Source: an archaeon (lineage in GTDB: Archaea > EX4484-52 > B79-G9). From it: a stretch of DNA of 26,465 nt. Below the pieces are notes generated by a model. The model was not told where the DNA came from. It saw nothing but the letters and a program-made list of their open reading frames with translations, and made no database searches. Both the position numbers and the translations under genes were made by a program. Below, one piece after another: positions 26,464 through 26,465 of this stretch. The stretch is from NCBI GenBank assembly GCA_043813875.1, contig JBDRKP010000001.1, forward strand, positions 1 through 26,465, in the 5' to 3' direction. Within the stretch, counting starts at the first letter, position 1. The number at the start of each line of letters is the position of its first letter.

Positions 26464-26465
26464 CA

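Overview
Archaeal chromosomal DNA. GGTG/GAGGTG ribosome-binding sites, TTTATAA-type TATA boxes, an archaeal-type PEP carboxylase, class III signal-peptide pilins and Cys-rich surface proteins point to a DPANN-like (possibly Aenigmarchaeota-like) genome; the taxon is an inference. Left to right the window holds: a truncated gene start; a tightly coupled dapB-dapA-lysA-ppcA operon (-); a divergent radical SAM (twitch) + SbnA-like PLP enzyme pair followed by a cryptic small ORF and a divergent homoserine dehydrogenase (+); an ABC exporter pair (-); an 8-gene type IV pilus operon (5 prepilin-like proteins, ATPase, 2 TadC-like proteins) preceded by about 200 nt of back-to-back stem-loops (-); purT and an unannotated 20-aa highly basic peptide (+); an AT-rich metzincin-like protease (+); a prepilin peptidase (+); a coiled-coil protein (-); and a membrane-anchored Cys-rich surface protein whose frame stays open to the window edge (-). 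No rRNA, tRNA, CRISPR array or intact mobile element was seen. The best novelty candidates are the rSAM/SbnA-like module without sbnB, the structured pilus-operon leader, the Ca/Cys-decorated pilus components and the tiny basic peptide. All calls come from motif recognition by eye; no searches were run.
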